A stretch of 64,000 nucleotides of DNA from Alphaproteobacteria bacterium (GTDB lineage: Bacteria > Pseudomonadota > Alphaproteobacteria > UBA828). The notes beneath the pieces were generated by a model. That model ran no database searches and had not been told where the DNA came from. It saw only the letters and a list, made by a program, of their open reading frames with translations. Positions 11,519-23,969 of this stretch are shown in pieces (within the stretch, counting starts at the first letter, position 1; every line of letters begins with the position of its first letter). The DNA lies in the NCBI GenBank assembly GCA_009691045.1, contig SHWC01000003.1:7995-71994 (forward strand), in the 5' to 3' direction. The position numbers and the translations under genes are program-made.

Positions 11519-12837
11519 TGTTGAAAGATTCCGACCGCATTTTCACCAATCTCTATGGCCTGCGCGATTGGGGGCTTGAAGGCGCGCGCAAGCGCGGCGA
11601 TTGGGATGGTACCAAGGCCCTGCTCGAAAAGGGCCATGAATGGATCGTCGAGGAGATCAAGGCGTCCGATTTGCGCGGCCGGGGCGGCGCGGGTTTTCCG
11701 GCCGGGCTCAAATGGTCGTTCATGCCGAAGCAGATCGATCCCAAGCGGCCGCATTATTTGGTGGTCAATGCCGATGAGAGCGAACCCGGCACGTGCAAAG
11801 ACCGCGATATTCTGCGCTATGACCCGCATAAGCTGGTCGAGGGTTGCTTGCTCGCCGGTTTCGCGATGCGCGCGCACGCGAGCTACATCTATATTCGCGG
11901 CGAGTTTGTCAACGAGGCGAAGAATCTTCAGGCAGCGATCGACCAGGCCTATGCGGCGGGGTTGATTGGCAAGAACGCGTGCGGTTCGGATTGGGACTTC
12001 GATGTCTACGTCCACCGCGGCGCCGGCGCCTATATTTGCGGCGAGGAGACTGGGCTCCTTGAAAGCCTTGAGGGCAAAGCGGGTCGGCCGCGTTTGAAGC
12101 CGCCTTTCCCCGCGGCGGTCGGGCTCTATGGGTGCCCAACCACGATCAATAATGTCGAGACCATCGCGGTGGCGCCGACGATCTTGCGGCGTGGCGGCGC
12201 GTGGTTCGCGGGTCTTGGCCGGCCGAAGAATACCGGCACCAAGGTGTTCTGCATTTCGGGTCATGTGAATCAGCCGTGCAATGTCGAAGAGGAAATGGGT
12301 ATTCCGCTCAAGGAACTCATCGAGAAGCACGCGGGTGGCGTGCGCGGTGGCTGGGATAATCTGAAGGCGATCATTCCGGGCGGCTCATCGGTGCCGCTCT
12401 TGCCCAAATCGATTTGCGATGATGTGTTGATGGACTTTGATTCGCTGCGCGCGGTGCGATCAGGCCTCGGCACGGCGGCGGTGATCGTGATGGACAAATC
12501 GACCGATGTGATCGCGGCCATCGCGCGGCTGTCGCATTTCTACATGCACGAGAGCTGCGGCCAGTGTACGCCCTGCCGCGAGGGGACGGGCTGGGTCTAC
12601 CGCACGATGCAGCGCATGGTGAAGGGCGAGGCGTCGGTCGATGAAATCGATCGGTTGAACGATGTCGTGGGCCAGATCGAGGGCCATACGATTTGCGCAC
12701 TGGGCGATGCCGCGGCGTGGCCGGTGCAAGGCCTGATCCGCCATTTCCGCGACGAGCTCGAGGCGCGAATCTTGGTTTCCAAAGGTGCGCTCACCAGTGG
12801 GCGGTATGGTTTCAATCCCGGCATCGCGGCGGCCTGA
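11518..12837 (+). CDS. nuoF: NADH-quinone oxidoreductase subunit F
   Basis: ATG overlaps the nuoE TGA (ATGA). Contains the FMN/NADH-binding motif [10 protein letters not shown] and the 4Fe-4S cluster N3 cysteines. Confidence 0.93.
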   Translation: MLKDSDRIFTNLYGLRDWGLEGARKRGDWDGTKALLEKGHEWIVEEIKASDLRGRGGAGFPAGLKWSFMPKQIDPKRPHYLVVNADESEPGTCKDRDILRYDPHKLVEGCLLAGFAMRAHASYIYIRGEFVNEAKNLQAAIDQAYAAGLIGKNACGSDWDFDVYVHRGAGAYICGEETGLLESLEGKAGRPRLKPPFPAAVGLYGCPTTINNVETIAVAPTILRRGGAWFAGLGRPKNTGTKVFCISGHVNQPCNVEEEMGIPLKELIEKHAGGVRGGWDNLKAIIPGGSSVPLLPKSICDDVLMDFDSLRAVRSGLGTAAVIVMDKSTDVIAAIARLSHFYMHESCGQCTPCREGTGWVYRTMQRMVKGEASVDEIDRLNDVVGQIEGHTICALGDAAAWPVQGLIRHFRDELEARILVSKGALTSGRYGFNPGIAAA

Positions 12838-12847
12838 GGAAACCATC

Positions 12848-14911
12848 ATGCCTAAACTCATCGTCAATGGTGTCGAGGTCGAGGTTCCGCAAGGCTCGAC
12901 CGTCTTGCAGGCTTGCGAGGCGGCCGGCGCCGAGGTGCCGCGCTTTTGTTATCACGACCGGCTTTCGATTGCGGGCAATTGCCGCATGTGCCTGGTCGAG
13001 GTCGAGAAATCACCCAAGCCTGTCGCCTCCTGTGCCATGCCGGCGAATGAGGGCATGGTGGTCAAGACCAACACGCCGCAAGTGCAGAAGGCGCGCGATG
13101 GGGTGATGGAGTTCCTGCTCATCAACCACCCGCTCGATTGCCCGATTTGCGATCAAGGCGGCGAGTGCGATTTGCAGGATCAGGCCATGGCCTATGGCCG
13201 GGGCGGCAGCCGCTATGAGGATGCCAAGCGCGCGGTCAAGGACAAGGATATCGGGCCCTTGGTCAAGACCATCATGACGCGCTGCATCCATTGCACGCGC
13301 TGTATTCGCTTTGGCGAAGAAGTCGCGGGCGTTGAAGTGCTTGGCCTCACGGGGCGCGGCGAGCATATGGAGGTCGGGCCCTATGTCGAGGCGGTGGTCA
13401 ACACCGAGCTCTCCGGCAATATCATCGATCTGTGCCCGGTCGGTGCCCTGACCTCGAAGCCCTATGAATTTCACGCGCGGTCGTGGGAACTGGTTAAGAC
13501 CGAGAGCATCGATGTGCTCGACGCGGTCGGCGCCAATATTCGGATCGATACGCGCGGTGCCGAGGTCATGCGTATTCTGCCGCGCCTCAATGAGGCGGTG
13601 AACGAGGAATGGTTGGCCGACAAATCGCGCTTCGCGTGCGATGGCTTGAAGAAGCGTCGGCTCGATCGTTGCTTCGTGCGGCGCGATGGCAAGCTCGAAC
13701 CCGCGAGTTGGGACGAGGCCTTTGCCGCGATCGCGACACGGTTGCGCGGCGTTCCCGGCAATCGCATCGCGGCGCTCGCGGGTGATTTGGCCGATGCGGA
13801 AGCGATACTGCTCCTGAAGGAGCTAATGGGCGCGCTTGGCTCAACGCATATCGATTGCCGGCAGGATGGCGCCAAGCTCGATGCGTCAAACCGCGCGGGC
13901 TATTTGTTCAATACGACGATCGCTGGCATCGAGCAGGCGGACACCTGCCTCTTGATCGGCACCAATCCGCGCTGGGAAGCGCCGCTGGTCAATGCGCGCC
14001 TCCGCAAACGCTGGCGTCGTGGCGGCTTTGCCATTGGCCTGATCGGCGAGCCGCGCGATCTGACGTACAAATACAATCATCTCGGCGTTGGGCCGCAGGC
14101 CTTGGCCGAGCTTGCGAACGGCCGTCACGCCTTTGCCGAAACGCTGAAGGGCGCCAAAGCGCCGATGCTGATCTTGGGGCAGGGCGCCTTGGTGCGTTCG
14201 GATGGCGGACAAATCCTCGCCGCCGCGCGCCAGATCGCTGGTGATCTCGGCTTCGTGCGCGATGGTTGGAACGGCTTTAACGTGTTGCACAGCGCGGCCG
14301 CACGGGTTGGCGGGCTCGACCTCGGCTTCGTGCCGGGGGCGGATGGGCGCGACGTCGCCGGTATTTTGGAAGGCGCGCAATCGGGCGTGATCGATGTCGT
14401 CTATCTACTCGGTGCCGATGAGATTGACACCAGCCGGTTCGGCAAGGCGTTCGTGATCTATCAAGGGCATCACGGCGATGCAGGGGCCAAGCGCGCCGAT
14501 GTTGTGCTGCCCGGCGCGGCCTATACCGAGAAGGATGCCACCTACGTCAATCTCGAAGGGCGGCCGCAACGCACGCACCGCGCTATTCATCCGCTGGGCG
14601 AAGCGCGCGAGGATTGGAAAATTCTCCGAGCCTTGTCGGAAGCGCTCGGCAAGCAGCTGCCCTATGACACGCTTCAATCTGTGCGCGAGCGGCTCGGCCA
14701 TGTGGCGCCGAGCTTCCGGGCCCTTGGTCGCGTCGAGCCGGCGTCGTTTGGAAATTTCGGCACACCCGGGCCGCTCGGGCCCGAACCCTTTAAGAGCAAC
14801 ATCGCCAATTATTATATGACCGATCCGATCAGCCGGGCCTCGCCGACCATGGCCGAATGCGTCGCGGCCTTTCTGACGCCCGCCCAAGGGAAGACCGGCA
14901 CCCATGGCTGA
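12848..14911 (+). CDS. nuoG: NADH-quinone oxidoreductase subunit G
   Basis: About 687 aa from ATG 12848 ([13 protein letters not shown]), with a GAGGAAACC ribosome-binding site. Has the N-terminal 2Fe-2S ferredoxin domain and a molybdopterin-like domain. Confidence 0.93.
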   Translation: MPKLIVNGVEVEVPQGSTVLQACEAAGAEVPRFCYHDRLSIAGNCRMCLVEVEKSPKPVASCAMPANEGMVVKTNTPQVQKARDGVMEFLLINHPLDCPICDQGGECDLQDQAMAYGRGGSRYEDAKRAVKDKDIGPLVKTIMTRCIHCTRCIRFGEEVAGVEVLGLTGRGEHMEVGPYVEAVVNTELSGNIIDLCPVGALTSKPYEFHARSWELVKTESIDVLDAVGANIRIDTRGAEVMRILPRLNEAVNEEWLADKSRFACDGLKKRRLDRCFVRRDGKLEPASWDEAFAAIATRLRGVPGNRIAALAGDLADAEAILLLKELMGALGSTHIDCRQDGAKLDASNRAGYLFNTTIAGIEQADTCLLIGTNPRWEAPLVNARLRKRWRRGGFAIGLIGEPRDLTYKYNHLGVGPQALAELANGRHAFAETLKGAKAPMLILGQGALVRSDGGQILAAARQIAGDLGFVRDGWNGFNVLHSAAARVGGLDLGFVPGADGRDVAGILEGAQSGVIDVVYLLGADEIDTSRFGKAFVIYQGHHGDAGAKRADVVLPGAAYTEKDATYVNLEGRPQRTHRAIHPLGEAREDWKILRALSEALGKQLPYDTLQSVRERLGHVAPSFRALGRVEPASFGNFGTPGPLGPEPFKSNIANYYMTDPISRASPTMAECVAAFLTPAQGKTGTHG

Positions 14912-15932
14912 GACCGGCGTCTGGCACAATTATCTGCTGCCACTCCTCCTGACGATCGGCTACACGCTGGCGATCGCCGTGCCGTTGATGATCGGCGTCG
15001 GCGTGCTCACTTATGTCGAGCGAAAAATTTGGGCGGCGATGCAGCTCAGGCGCGGACCGAACGTGGTCGGGCCGTTCGGCCTTCTGCAATTCCTGGCCGA
15101 TGGCATCAAGATGATCTTCAAGGAGACCATCGTGCCGGCGGGCGCCAATCGGGCGCTGTTCATTCTTGCGCCGATCATCACATTTTCGCTCGGCCTGATC
15201 GGCTGGGCGGTCATTCCATTCGACAAGCACTTGGTGCTGGCAGACGTCAATGTCGGGATCCTCTATCTGTTCGCGGTCTCTTCGCTCGGCGTTTACGGCA
15301 TCATCATCGCCGGTTGGGCGAGCAACTCGAAATACGCGTTTTTAGGTGCGATGCGCTCGGCGGCGCAGATGGTCTCCTATGAGGTCTCGATCGGCTTCGT
15401 GATCGTGACCGTGCTGCTTTGCGTCGGCTCGCTTAACCTGAATGACATCGTCGAGGCACAGCGGGGCCTGTGGTTTTTCATTCCGCTGTTCCCGATGTTC
15501 GTCATCTATTTCATTTCGGCCTTGGCCGAGACCAACCGCACGCCGTTCGACTTGCCAGAGGCCGAGGGCGAGCTGGTCGCGGGCTATCAGGTCGAATATT
15601 CGGGCATTAGCTGGGGCCTCTTCATGCTCGGCGAATATGCCAACATCATTTTGCTCTCGGGCCTTTGTGTTGTGCTGTTCCTCGGGGGGTGGTTGCCGCC
15701 CTTCCATGTCGCACCGCTGACCGCGGTGCCGGGCGTGGTGTGGTTCCTGTTGAAAACTGCGGTGGTGATTTTCGCCTTCACCTGGACGCGCGCGACACTG
15801 CCCAGATATCGCTATGACCAATTGATGCGGCTCGGCTGGAAGGTCTTTTTGCCAGCGTCCTTGGGTTATCTCGTGTTGGTCGCGGGCGCGCTTCATCTGT
15901 TCGGCTGGCTGCCCGAAAAGGCAGGCGGCTGA
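14904..15932 (+). CDS. nuoH: NADH-quinone oxidoreductase subunit H
   Basis: 342 aa polytopic membrane protein of the NuoH/ND1 family. Confidence 0.95.
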   Translation: MAETGVWHNYLLPLLLTIGYTLAIAVPLMIGVGVLTYVERKIWAAMQLRRGPNVVGPFGLLQFLADGIKMIFKETIVPAGANRALFILAPIITFSLGLIGWAVIPFDKHLVLADVNVGILYLFAVSSLGVYGIIIAGWASNSKYAFLGAMRSAAQMVSYEVSIGFVIVTVLLCVGSLNLNDIVEAQRGLWFFIPLFPMFVIYFISALAETNRTPFDLPEAEGELVAGYQVEYSGISWGLFMLGEYANIILLSGLCVVLFLGGWLPPFHVAPLTAVPGVVWFLLKTAVVIFAFTWTRATLPRYRYDQLMRLGWKVFLPASLGYLVLVAGALHLFGWLPEKAGG

Positions 15933-16009
15933 TGGGCGGTTGCGTCATGGCACAACCTCGTGATATCGCCGGCGCGCGTGTCGCCGGCGGCGTGGCGTAG
16001 GAGGATCGA

Positions 16010-16498
16010 ATGGCCTTGGTAGATCGGACCTTTCGGTCGCTCTTTCTGACCGAGCTTGCCGTGGGCTTTGCGATCACCTTTCGGCAGATGTTCAAGCCGA
16101 AAGTGACGGTCAATTATCCGCATGAGAAGGGGCCGCTCAGCTCGCGCTTTCGTGGCGAGCACGCGCTCCGCCGCTATGCGAGCGGCGAGGAACGCTGCAT
16201 CGCCTGCAAATTGTGCGAGGCGATTTGCCCGGCGCAGGCGATCACCATCGAGGCGGAGCCGCGCGACGATGGCAGCCGGCGCACGACGCGCTATGACATC
16301 GATATGGTGAAGTGCATCTATTGCGGGTTTTGCCAGGAGGCCTGCCCGGTGGATGCCATTGTCGAGGGGCCGAACTATGAGTTCGCCGCCGAGACGCGCG
16401 AGGAATTGCTTTATAACAAAGACAAATTACTGGCGAACGGCGACCGTTGGGAATGCGAAATCGCGGCCAATTTGTCGACCGACGCCCCCTATCGCTGA
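16010..16498 (+). CDS. nuoI: NADH-quinone oxidoreductase subunit I
   Basis: 162 aa with two CxxCxxCxxxCP 4Fe-4S ferredoxin motifs. Confidence 0.95.
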   Translation: MALVDRTFRSLFLTELAVGFAITFRQMFKPKVTVNYPHEKGPLSSRFRGEHALRRYASGEERCIACKLCEAICPAQAITIEAEPRDDGSRRTTRYDIDMVKCIYCGFCQEACPVDAIVEGPNYEFAAETREELLYNKDKLLANGDRWECEIAANLSTDAPYR

Positions 16499-16522
16499 GC
16501 CGGTGGAGCGCGCGTTTCCTCG

Positions 16523-17152
16523 ATGATCATCCAGACCATCGTCTTCTACGTTCTCGCGGCGGCGACCATCGGCGCCGGCATGGCGGTGATTGCCTCACGC
16601 AATCCCGTGCACTCGGTGCTGTTTTTGATTTTGGCTTTCTTCAGCGCGGCGGGTTTGTTCGTGCTGATGGGGGCCGAGTTCGTCGCGATGATTTTGGTCA
16701 TCGTCTATGTCGGCGCGGTCGCGGTGCTGTTCCTCTTTGTCGTGATGATGCTCGACATCGACTTTGCCGCCCTTAGAGCGGGCTTCATGCAATATATGCC
16801 GATCGGCGCAGTGATCGGCGCGATCCTGTTGGCGGAGCTGATCCTCGTCTTCGCCTCCGGCGCGGTAAACATCAAGAAGCCAGGCTCGGTCGCGATGCCA
16901 TTGCCTGATCCTGCCCAGACCGCCAACACCGAGGCGCTCGGCAATATTCTCTATACGCACTATGGCTATTTGTTCCAGATCGCGGGCCTGATCCTCTTGG
17001 TCGCGATGGTGGGGGCCATTGTGTTGACGCATCGTGCGCGCACCGGCGTTCGACGCCAGGTGATCGCCGATCAGGTGGCGCGCCGGCCGAAGGACGTGGT
17101 GCGGTTGACCGACGTGAAGCCGGGGGAGGGCGCCTCGTGGAAATCGGACTGA
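16523..17152 (+). CDS. nuoJ: NADH-quinone oxidoreductase subunit J
   Basis: 209 aa membrane subunit of the ND6 family. Confidence 0.9.
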   Translation: MIIQTIVFYVLAAATIGAGMAVIASRNPVHSVLFLILAFFSAAGLFVLMGAEFVAMILVIVYVGAVAVLFLFVVMMLDIDFAALRAGFMQYMPIGAVIGAILLAELILVFASGAVNIKKPGSVAMPLPDPAQTANTEALGNILYTHYGYLFQIAGLILLVAMVGAIVLTHRARTGVRRQVIADQVARRPKDVVRLTDVKPGEGASWKSD

Positions 17153-17445
17153 CTCATTATCTGACCGTCGCGGCGATTCTATTCACGCTCGGCGTGTTTG
17201 GCATCTTCCTCAACCGCAAGAACGTGATCGTCATCTTGATGGCGATCGAGCTGATGCTGCTCGCGGTTAACATCAATCTGGTCGCGTTTTCGTCCTATTT
17301 GGGCGACATGACCGGCCAGGCCTTTGCCATGTTCGTGCTCACCGTCGCGGCGGCGGAAGCCGCCATCGGGCTCGCCATTCTTGTGGTCTATTTCCGCAAT
17401 CGCGGTTCAATAGCGGTTGAAGACGTCAACATGATGAAAGGCTGA
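17137..17445 (+). CDS. nuoK: NADH-quinone oxidoreductase subunit K
   Basis: 102 aa membrane subunit of the ND4L family. GTG start with a GGGGGAGGG ribosome-binding site. Confidence 0.9.
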   Translation: MEIGLTHYLTVAAILFTLGVFGIFLNRKNVIVILMAIELMLLAVNINLVAFSSYLGDMTGQAFAMFVLTVAAAEAAIGLAILVVYFRNRGSIAVEDVNMMKG

Positions 17446-17451
17446 AGGCGC

Positions 17452-19383
17452 GTGGGTCTCGTAGTCGCCGCTGTATTTTTGCCGCTGATCGGCGCGGCGA
17501 TCGCGGGCCTGTTCGGCCGCGTGCTCGGCCAGCGCGTGGCGCCGCTCGTGACCGTTGTCGCGATGGGGCTTTCCGCCACTTTTAGCGTGCTCACCTTCGT
17601 CGCCGTCACGCTCTATGGCAATACGGGCAAGGTCGAGCTCTTCGATTGGATCGGGTCAGGCACGTTCCAGGCCTCGTGGGCGTTTCGCTTCGATGAGCTG
17701 ACTGGCGTGATGATGTTCGTGGTCACGGTGGTTTCGTTCCTGGTCCACGTCTATTCGATCGGCTATATGGCGCACGATGCGCACAAGCCGCGCTTCTTCG
17801 CCTATCTCTCGCTCTTCACGTTTTTCATGATGGCGCTGATTACGGCGGACAATCTGCTGCAGCTCTATTTCGGCTGGGAGGGTGTTGGCCTCGCGTCCTA
17901 TTTGCTGATCGGCTTCTGGTACAAGCGGCCGAGCGCGAATGCCGCTGCGATCAAGGCGTTTGTCGTCAACCGGGTGGGCGATTTCGGCTTCGGCCTTGGC
18001 ATTCTGGCCATCTATCTGACCTTCGGCAGCATCGAGTACGACGTGGTCTTCGCCAAGGCGCCCGAGATGGTGGGCAAGACCTTCTATTTCCTGTTCGGCG
18101 AAATAGATATTCTCGAAGTCTCGTGCATCCTGTTGTTCATCGGCGCGATGGGCAAATCCGCCCAGTTTCTGCTGCACACTTGGTTGCCCGATGCAATGGA
18201 GGGCCCGACCCCGGTCTCCGCCCTCATCCATGCCGCGACCATGGTCACGGCCGGCGTCTTTATGGTGGCGCGGTTCTCGCCGGTGTTCGAATACGCGCCG
18301 ACCGCGCTTTCGGTGGTGACATTCTTCGGCGCAACCACGGCAATCTTCGCCGCGACCATTGCGCTGACCCAGAACGACATCAAGCGCGTGATCGCCTATT
18401 CAACCTGTAGTCAGCTCGGCTACATGTTCTTCGCCTGCGGCGTTTCGGCCTATCAGGCTGGTATCTTCCATTTGACCACGCACGCCTTCTTCAAGGCGCT
18501 GCTGTTCCTAGGCGCTGGTTCGGTGATCCACGCCATGTCGGACGAGCAGGACATGCGCCGCATGGGCGGGATTTGGAAGCTGATCCCGCTGACCTATGCG
18601 CTGATGTGGATCGGCAATTTGGCGCTCGCGGGCCTGCCTTTTTTCTCGGGCTTCTTCTCGAAAGACATGATCTTGGAATCCGCGTTTGCGGCTCATACGG
18701 GGCTTGGCGAATATGCCTTCTGGCTCGGCATTATCGCTGCGGGGTTGACTGCGCTCTATTCATGGCGGCTCTTGATCATGACCTTCCATGGCAAACCGCG
18801 CGCCGATCATCACACCATGGAACATGTCCATGAATCGCCCTGGGTGATGACCGTGCCGCTGATGTTGCTCGCGGCTGGCGCCATCGTTTCCGGTTATTTG
18901 CTGTTGCCGATGATCGGCGAACATGGCGGTCTGTTCGGCAATTCAATCCTCGTTCTCGAGCACAACAACGCGCTCGAGGCCGCGCACCACTCGCCCTTCT
19001 GGGTCAAGGCGCTGCCAACCATGATGGCGGTGCTTGGCATTGCGGCCGCCTATTTCCTCTATATGGCGCGGCCCGATTTGCCGGCGAAAATCGCAAAGGC
19101 AATCAGGCCGCTTTACCTGTTCTCCTACAACAAATGGTATTTCGACGAACTCTATGACTTTTTGTTCGTCGGGCCCGCCAAATACCTCGGCTACAGCCTG
19201 TGGAAGCGCGGCGATGGCGGTCTGATCGATGGCATCGGCCCCGATGGCATTGCAGGCGCGGCCAAGGCCATCGCGCTGCGCGCCGTCAGGCTGCAGACCG
19301 GCTATCTCTACCACTATGCGTTCGCGATGCTGGTTGGGGTGGCGTTGATCGTCACCTGGTTCCTCTTCGCGAGCAGCCCGTGA
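17452..19383 (+). CDS. nuoL: NADH-quinone oxidoreductase subunit L
   Basis: 643 aa antiporter-like subunit of the ND5 family. Confidence 0.95.
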   Translation: MGLVVAAVFLPLIGAAIAGLFGRVLGQRVAPLVTVVAMGLSATFSVLTFVAVTLYGNTGKVELFDWIGSGTFQASWAFRFDELTGVMMFVVTVVSFLVHVYSIGYMAHDAHKPRFFAYLSLFTFFMMALITADNLLQLYFGWEGVGLASYLLIGFWYKRPSANAAAIKAFVVNRVGDFGFGLGILAIYLTFGSIEYDVVFAKAPEMVGKTFYFLFGEIDILEVSCILLFIGAMGKSAQFLLHTWLPDAMEGPTPVSALIHAATMVTAGVFMVARFSPVFEYAPTALSVVTFFGATTAIFAATIALTQNDIKRVIAYSTCSQLGYMFFACGVSAYQAGIFHLTTHAFFKALLFLGAGSVIHAMSDEQDMRRMGGIWKLIPLTYALMWIGNLALAGLPFFSGFFSKDMILESAFAAHTGLGEYAFWLGIIAAGLTALYSWRLLIMTFHGKPRADHHTMEHVHESPWVMTVPLMLLAAGAIVSGYLLLPMIGEHGGLFGNSILVLEHNNALEAAHHSPFWVKALPTMMAVLGIAAAYFLYMARPDLPAKIAKAIRPLYLFSYNKWYFDELYDFLFVGPAKYLGYSLWKRGDGGLIDGIGPDGIAGAAKAIALRAVRLQTGYLYHYAFAMLVGVALIVTWFLFASSP

Positions 19384-19390
19384 GGCGTCG

Positions 19391-20932
19391 ATGAGCGGCT
19401 GGCCCATTCTTTCGACGATCACGTTTCTGCCGCTGCTCGGCGTCGCCTTCCTGTTGTTGGTCAGGGGCGATGCGGCGACGGTCGCACGCAATTCGCGCCT
19501 CGTCGCGTTGTGGACCTCGATCGTCACCTTCGCGCTGGCGTTGGTGCTGATCGGCTCGTTCGATATTTCGAACCCGGGCTATCAATTCGTCGAGAACGTG
19601 CCGTGGCTGCCTGAATTCGGCATTTCCTATCATCTGGGCGTTGACGGCATTTCGCTCTTCTTCGTGGCGCTGACGACCTTTTTGACGCCGATCTGCATCA
19701 TCGCCAGTTGGGAATCGATCCAGAACCGCGTGCGCGAATATATGGTCGCGTTCCTTGTGATGCAGGTGCTGGTCGTCGGCGTCTTCTGTGCGCTCGATTT
19801 TGTGATGTTCTATATCTTCTTCGAGGGTCAGCTCATTCCGATGTTTTTGATCATCGGGGTGTGGGGCGGCGAGCGGCGGGTCTATTCCGCCTTCAAATTC
19901 TTCCTCTATACGCTGGTCGGCTCGGTCCTCTTCCTGATCGCCATTCTTTATATGTACCTGCAAGTCGGCACGACGGACATCCCGACCATCACCGCGCATG
20001 AGTTCACGCGCGAAACGCAGATTTGGCTGTGGCTCGCGCTTTTCGCGTCCTTCGCGGTCAAAATGCCGATGTGGCCGTTCCACACCTGGTTGCCGGATGC
20101 GCATGTCGAGGCGCCGACGGCAGGTTCGGTCATCCTCGCCGGCATTTTGCTAAAAATGGGCGGGTACGGCTTTATCCGTTTCTCCTTGCCCATGTTGCCC
20201 GAGGCGAGCGATTTCTTCACGCCCTTCATGTTCACGCTCAGCGTGGTTGCGATCATTTATACCTCCCTGGTCGCGTTGATGCAGGAGGACATGAAAAAGC
20301 TGATCGCCTATTCCTCGGTCGCGCATATGGGCATCGTGACGCTCGGCATCTTTACCTTCACGCAACAGGGCATCGAGGGCGGCATATTCCAGATGCTCTC
20401 GCACGGCATTATTTCGGCCGCGCTGTTCCTTTGCGTCGGCGTCGTTTACGACCGGGTGCATACGCGCCAGATCGCGGCCTATGGCGGGTTGGTGCATCGC
20501 ATGCCGATTTATGCCGTGGTCTTCTTGGTGTTCACGCTGGCCTCGGTCGGTCTGCCCAGCACGAGCGGCTTTGTCGGCGAGTTCCTGGCCATGGTCGGCG
20601 CCTTTACGGCGAACACGTGGGTCGCGACAACCGCCATGATCGGCATCATCCTCGGCGCTGCCTATATGCTGTGGCTCTACCGGCGCGTCATTTTCGGCGA
20701 GTTGACCAAGGAGAATCTGAAGTCGATCACCGATCTCAATTGGCGCGAGATCGGCGTGTTCGCGCCCCTGATCGCGCTTGCCCTGTTTCTCGGCATTTAT
20801 CCGAAGCCGGTGCTCGACGTGCTCCATGCCTCGGCCGCGCATTTGATGACGCAGACCCAGCTTGCCCGCGTGGTTTCGCCCGAGGCGCTCGAATTGGCCG
20901 GGCAAGTGCCTAAAATCGCTGCGACGCGGTGA
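19391..20932 (+). CDS. nuoM: NADH-quinone oxidoreductase subunit M
   Basis: 513 aa antiporter-like subunit of the ND4 family. Confidence 0.95.
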   Translation: MSGWPILSTITFLPLLGVAFLLLVRGDAATVARNSRLVALWTSIVTFALALVLIGSFDISNPGYQFVENVPWLPEFGISYHLGVDGISLFFVALTTFLTPICIIASWESIQNRVREYMVAFLVMQVLVVGVFCALDFVMFYIFFEGQLIPMFLIIGVWGGERRVYSAFKFFLYTLVGSVLFLIAILYMYLQVGTTDIPTITAHEFTRETQIWLWLALFASFAVKMPMWPFHTWLPDAHVEAPTAGSVILAGILLKMGGYGFIRFSLPMLPEASDFFTPFMFTLSVVAIIYTSLVALMQEDMKKLIAYSSVAHMGIVTLGIFTFTQQGIEGGIFQMLSHGIISAALFLCVGVVYDRVHTRQIAAYGGLVHRMPIYAVVFLVFTLASVGLPSTSGFVGEFLAMVGAFTANTWVATTAMIGIILGAAYMLWLYRRVIFGELTKENLKSITDLNWREIGVFAPLIALALFLGIYPKPVLDVLHASAAHLMTQTQLARVVSPEALELAGQVPKIAATR

Positions 20933-20942
20933 GGCGCCCGAG

Positions 20943-22397
20943 ATGACAGCCTTCGTCGCGCCGAATTACCTCGTTGCCCTGCCAGAAATCTTACTGGCGG
21001 GTGTTGCGTGCGTGTTCCTGCTGATCGGCGTCTTTACCGGCAATCGCTCGACCACGCCGCTGACCTACGCCGCGATCGGCGCCATGCTGATCGCCTTCGC
21101 GCTGGTGCTTGGTTTCAATGGCACGCGTGAGACCAGTTTCGGCGGCATGTTCATTACCGATCATTTCACCACTTTCATGAAATCCGTGGTGCTGATCGGC
21201 GCTGCGGGCACGCTTGTGCTGGGGATTGGCTATGTCCAGCGCGAGCAGATGAACCGCTTCGAGTTTCCGATCCTCATTCTGTTCGCGACGCTCGGCATGA
21301 TGCTGATGATTTCGGCCAATGATCTCATGGCGCTCTATGTCGGGATCGAATTGCAAAGCTTGTCGCTTTATATCGTGGCGGCGTTTCGGCGCGATTCGGT
21401 GCGCTCGACCGAGGCGGGCCTGAAATATTTCGTGCTCGGCGCCTTGTCGTCGGGCTTGCTGCTTTATGGCGCGTCGATGGTCTATGGCTTTACCGGCGCG
21501 ACCGGGTTCGACGCCATCGCCGGCGGGATCAAGGCCTATGGCGCGGGCGATTTGCCGATCGGTGTGCTGATCGGGCTCGTGTTCATTGCGGCGGCGCTGG
21601 CCTTCAAGGTGTCCGCCGTGCCGTTCCATATGTGGACGCCGGATGTCTACGAAGGCGCGCCGACACCGGTTACTGCGTTCTTCTCCGCCGCGCCCAAGAT
21701 CGCCGCGATCGCGCTTCTCTTGCGTGTTTTCCTTGGGCCGTTCGCCGAGCTCGCCTCAAGCTGGAATCAGATCATTCTCCTGATCTCGATTGCCTCGATG
21801 GCCTTTGCCGCCTTCGCCGCGATTGGTCAGCGCAATATCAAGCGACTGCTCGCCTATAGCTCGATCGGCCATGTCGGTTATGCCCTGGTCGGTCTTGCCA
21901 CCGCGACCGAAGAGGGCGTGCGCGGTGTGCTCATCTATATGGCGATCTACATGGTGATGACGGTTGGCACGTTCGGTGCCGTGCTCGCGATGCGCCAAAA
22001 GGGCCAGATGGTGGAGGAGATCGCTGACCTCGCCGGCCTTTCGAAGACCAATCCGGCGCTGGCGGCGGTGCTCGGGATCTTCATGTTTTCGATGGCCGGG
22101 ATTCCGCCCTTCGCGGGCTTTTTCGGCAAGCTTTACGTCTTCATGCCAGCGGTTGAGGCCGGGCTCTATGGCCTTGCGATCGCCGGTGTGTTGGCAAGCG
22201 TGGTCGGTGCCTATTATTATATTCGCATCGTGAAGATCATGTATTTCGACGAGCCGGCAGAAGCGCTTGATCGACCGATCGGCCGCGAGATTTTAGGGGT
22301 GCTGGTGGTCACCGGGATCATTACGACGCTCTTTTTTGCCTATCCACAGCCGATCCTATCGGGTGCCAAGGCCGCGGCCGCGGCGCTCTTCCCGTGA
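20943..22397 (+). CDS. nuoN: NADH-quinone oxidoreductase subunit N
   Basis: About 484 aa from ATG 20943 (MTAFVAPNYL), with a GGTGAGGCG ribosome-binding site. ND2 family. Confidence 0.93.
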   Translation: MTAFVAPNYLVALPEILLAGVACVFLLIGVFTGNRSTTPLTYAAIGAMLIAFALVLGFNGTRETSFGGMFITDHFTTFMKSVVLIGAAGTLVLGIGYVQREQMNRFEFPILILFATLGMMLMISANDLMALYVGIELQSLSLYIVAAFRRDSVRSTEAGLKYFVLGALSSGLLLYGASMVYGFTGATGFDAIAGGIKAYGAGDLPIGVLIGLVFIAAALAFKVSAVPFHMWTPDVYEGAPTPVTAFFSAAPKIAAIALLLRVFLGPFAELASSWNQIILLISIASMAFAAFAAIGQRNIKRLLAYSSIGHVGYALVGLATATEEGVRGVLIYMAIYMVMTVGTFGAVLAMRQKGQMVEEIADLAGLSKTNPALAAVLGIFMFSMAGIPPFAGFFGKLYVFMPAVEAGLYGLAIAGVLASVVGAYYYIRIVKIMYFDEPAEALDRPIGREILGVLVVTGIITTLFFAYPQPILSGAKAAAAALFP

Positions 22398-23206
22398 CGG
22401 GCACGGGGGAACGCGCGCGCCCTCTCCAATCAAGCGCTGGCACGGACGTGCGCTTCCATGTGGTTCATTTCGACGAGATTGGCAGCACCAACGAGGAAGC
22501 CAAAAGTCGGGCAATCGCGGGTGAGCCGGAATTCACGGTCGTCGTGGCGGATATTCAAACGGCAGGGCGCGGTCGTCGCGGTCGTCTTTGGGAATCGCCC
22601 AAGGGCAATCTCTATAGTTCCGTCATTCTGAGGCCGGACGTTGCGCCGATCGTGGGGGCCCAGATTTCATTCGTCGCGTCCCTTGCGGTATCGGATGTCG
22701 CACGCGCACTCGTGCAGCCGGCGGCGCAGGTGGCCTGCAAATGGCCGAACGACGTGTTGATCAACGGGCGGAAAATGGCCGGTATCTTGCTTGAATCCGC
22801 GGCCACCAGCGGGGTGCTCGACTGGCTCGTATTGGGCGTGGGCATCAATCTGAAGCATCATCCCAATGTCGGTGGGACCTTTCCATCGACGTGCCTTAGG
22901 GATGAAAGTCCGCGTATGCCGGATATCGAGCAGGTTGCCGCGCTTTATTTCGACGCGCTCGCCTCGTGGTATGGCCGCTGGCGGCATGATGGCTTCATGC
23001 CGATCCGTGCCGCGTGGCTGGCGCGCTCGCTCGGTTTGGGTGCGCCGGTTACGGTGAGGCTTGAGCGCGAGCCGCTTGAGGGGCGCTTCGTTGACCTTGA
23101 CGAGAGCGGCGCGCTTATACTCGAGCTTGCCTCGGGAACGCGACGGCTGATCGCGGCGGGCGAGGTTTTTTTTGGCGCGGGTGAGAGCCATGTTACTCGC
23201 CATTGA
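22394..23206 (+). CDS. birA: biotin--[acetyl-CoA-carboxylase] ligase (class I, no N-terminal HTH)
   Basis: GTG start overlapping the nuoN stop (GTGA). Contains the BirA catalytic-domain motifs GSTNEEA and [12 protein letters not shown]. Confidence 0.85.
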   Translation: MTGTGERARPLQSSAGTDVRFHVVHFDEIGSTNEEAKSRAIAGEPEFTVVVADIQTAGRGRRGRLWESPKGNLYSSVILRPDVAPIVGAQISFVASLAVSDVARALVQPAAQVACKWPNDVLINGRKMAGILLESAATSGVLDWLVLGVGINLKHHPNVGGTFPSTCLRDESPRMPDIEQVAALYFDALASWYGRWRHDGFMPIRAAWLARSLGLGAPVTVRLEREPLEGRFVDLDESGALILELASGTRRLIAAGEVFFGAGESHVTRH

Positions 23207-23969
23207 TGTCGGCAATACAAACACGGTTTTCGCGGTGTTCGACGGCGAGCGCTTGCGCGGCCAATGGCGGGCCGCGACCGAGGCGCGCCGCACGGCCGAT
23301 GAATATGCGGTGTGGCTCGATCAATTGCTTCGCCGTGAGGCGCTCTCGCTTGAATCGATCGATGAGGCGATTGTGGCCTCGGTCGTGCCGCAAAGCCTGT
23401 TCGCGCTTCGGTATTTGTGCGAGCGCTATTGCCGGTGCGAGCCCAAAGTGGTGGGTGAGGCGGGTGTCGAGCTTGGTCTCAACATCAACGTGGACCGACC
23501 GGGCGAGGTGGGCGCCGATCGATTGGTGAATGCGGTCGCGGCGCATAAACGCTATAAGGGTGCCTTGATCATCCTCGATTTCGGCACGGCCACAACATTC
23601 GACGCGGTATCCGCTTCGGGCGATTATGAGGGGGGCGTGATCGCGCCGGGCATCAACCTTTCGCTTGAGGCCTTGCACCGGGCGGCCGCGCAATTGCCGC
23701 GGATTGCCGTGGCGCCGCCGGCCACCGTCATTGGCAAGTCGACCGTGCCGGCCATGCAGTCGGGCATTTATTGGGGCTATGTGGGCCTGATCGAGGGTAT
23801 TGTCAGCCGCATGAAGGCAGAGCTCGGCACCGCGTCAACCACGGTGGCGACCGGCGGGCTCGCGCCGCTTTTCGCCCATGGCACCAAGGCGATCGATAAG
23901 GTCGACCCCGACCTTACGATCATGGGGCTCTATGAAATCCACCGGCGCAATGCGGTTCGACGGTCATGA
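23190..23969 (+). CDS. coaX: type III pantothenate kinase
   Basis: N-terminal [11 protein letters not shown], diagnostic of the CoaX/Bvg accessory factor family. ATG 23190 with a GGTGAGAG ribosome-binding site, overlapping the end of birA. Confidence 0.9.
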   Translation: MLLAIDVGNTNTVFAVFDGERLRGQWRAATEARRTADEYAVWLDQLLRREALSLESIDEAIVASVVPQSLFALRYLCERYCRCEPKVVGEAGVELGLNINVDRPGEVGADRLVNAVAAHKRYKGALIILDFGTATTFDAVSASGDYEGGVIAPGINLSLEALHRAAAQLPRIAVAPPATVIGKSTVPAMQSGIYWGYVGLIEGIVSRMKAELGTASTTVATGGLAPLFAHGTKAIDKVDPDLTIMGLYEIHRRNAVRRS

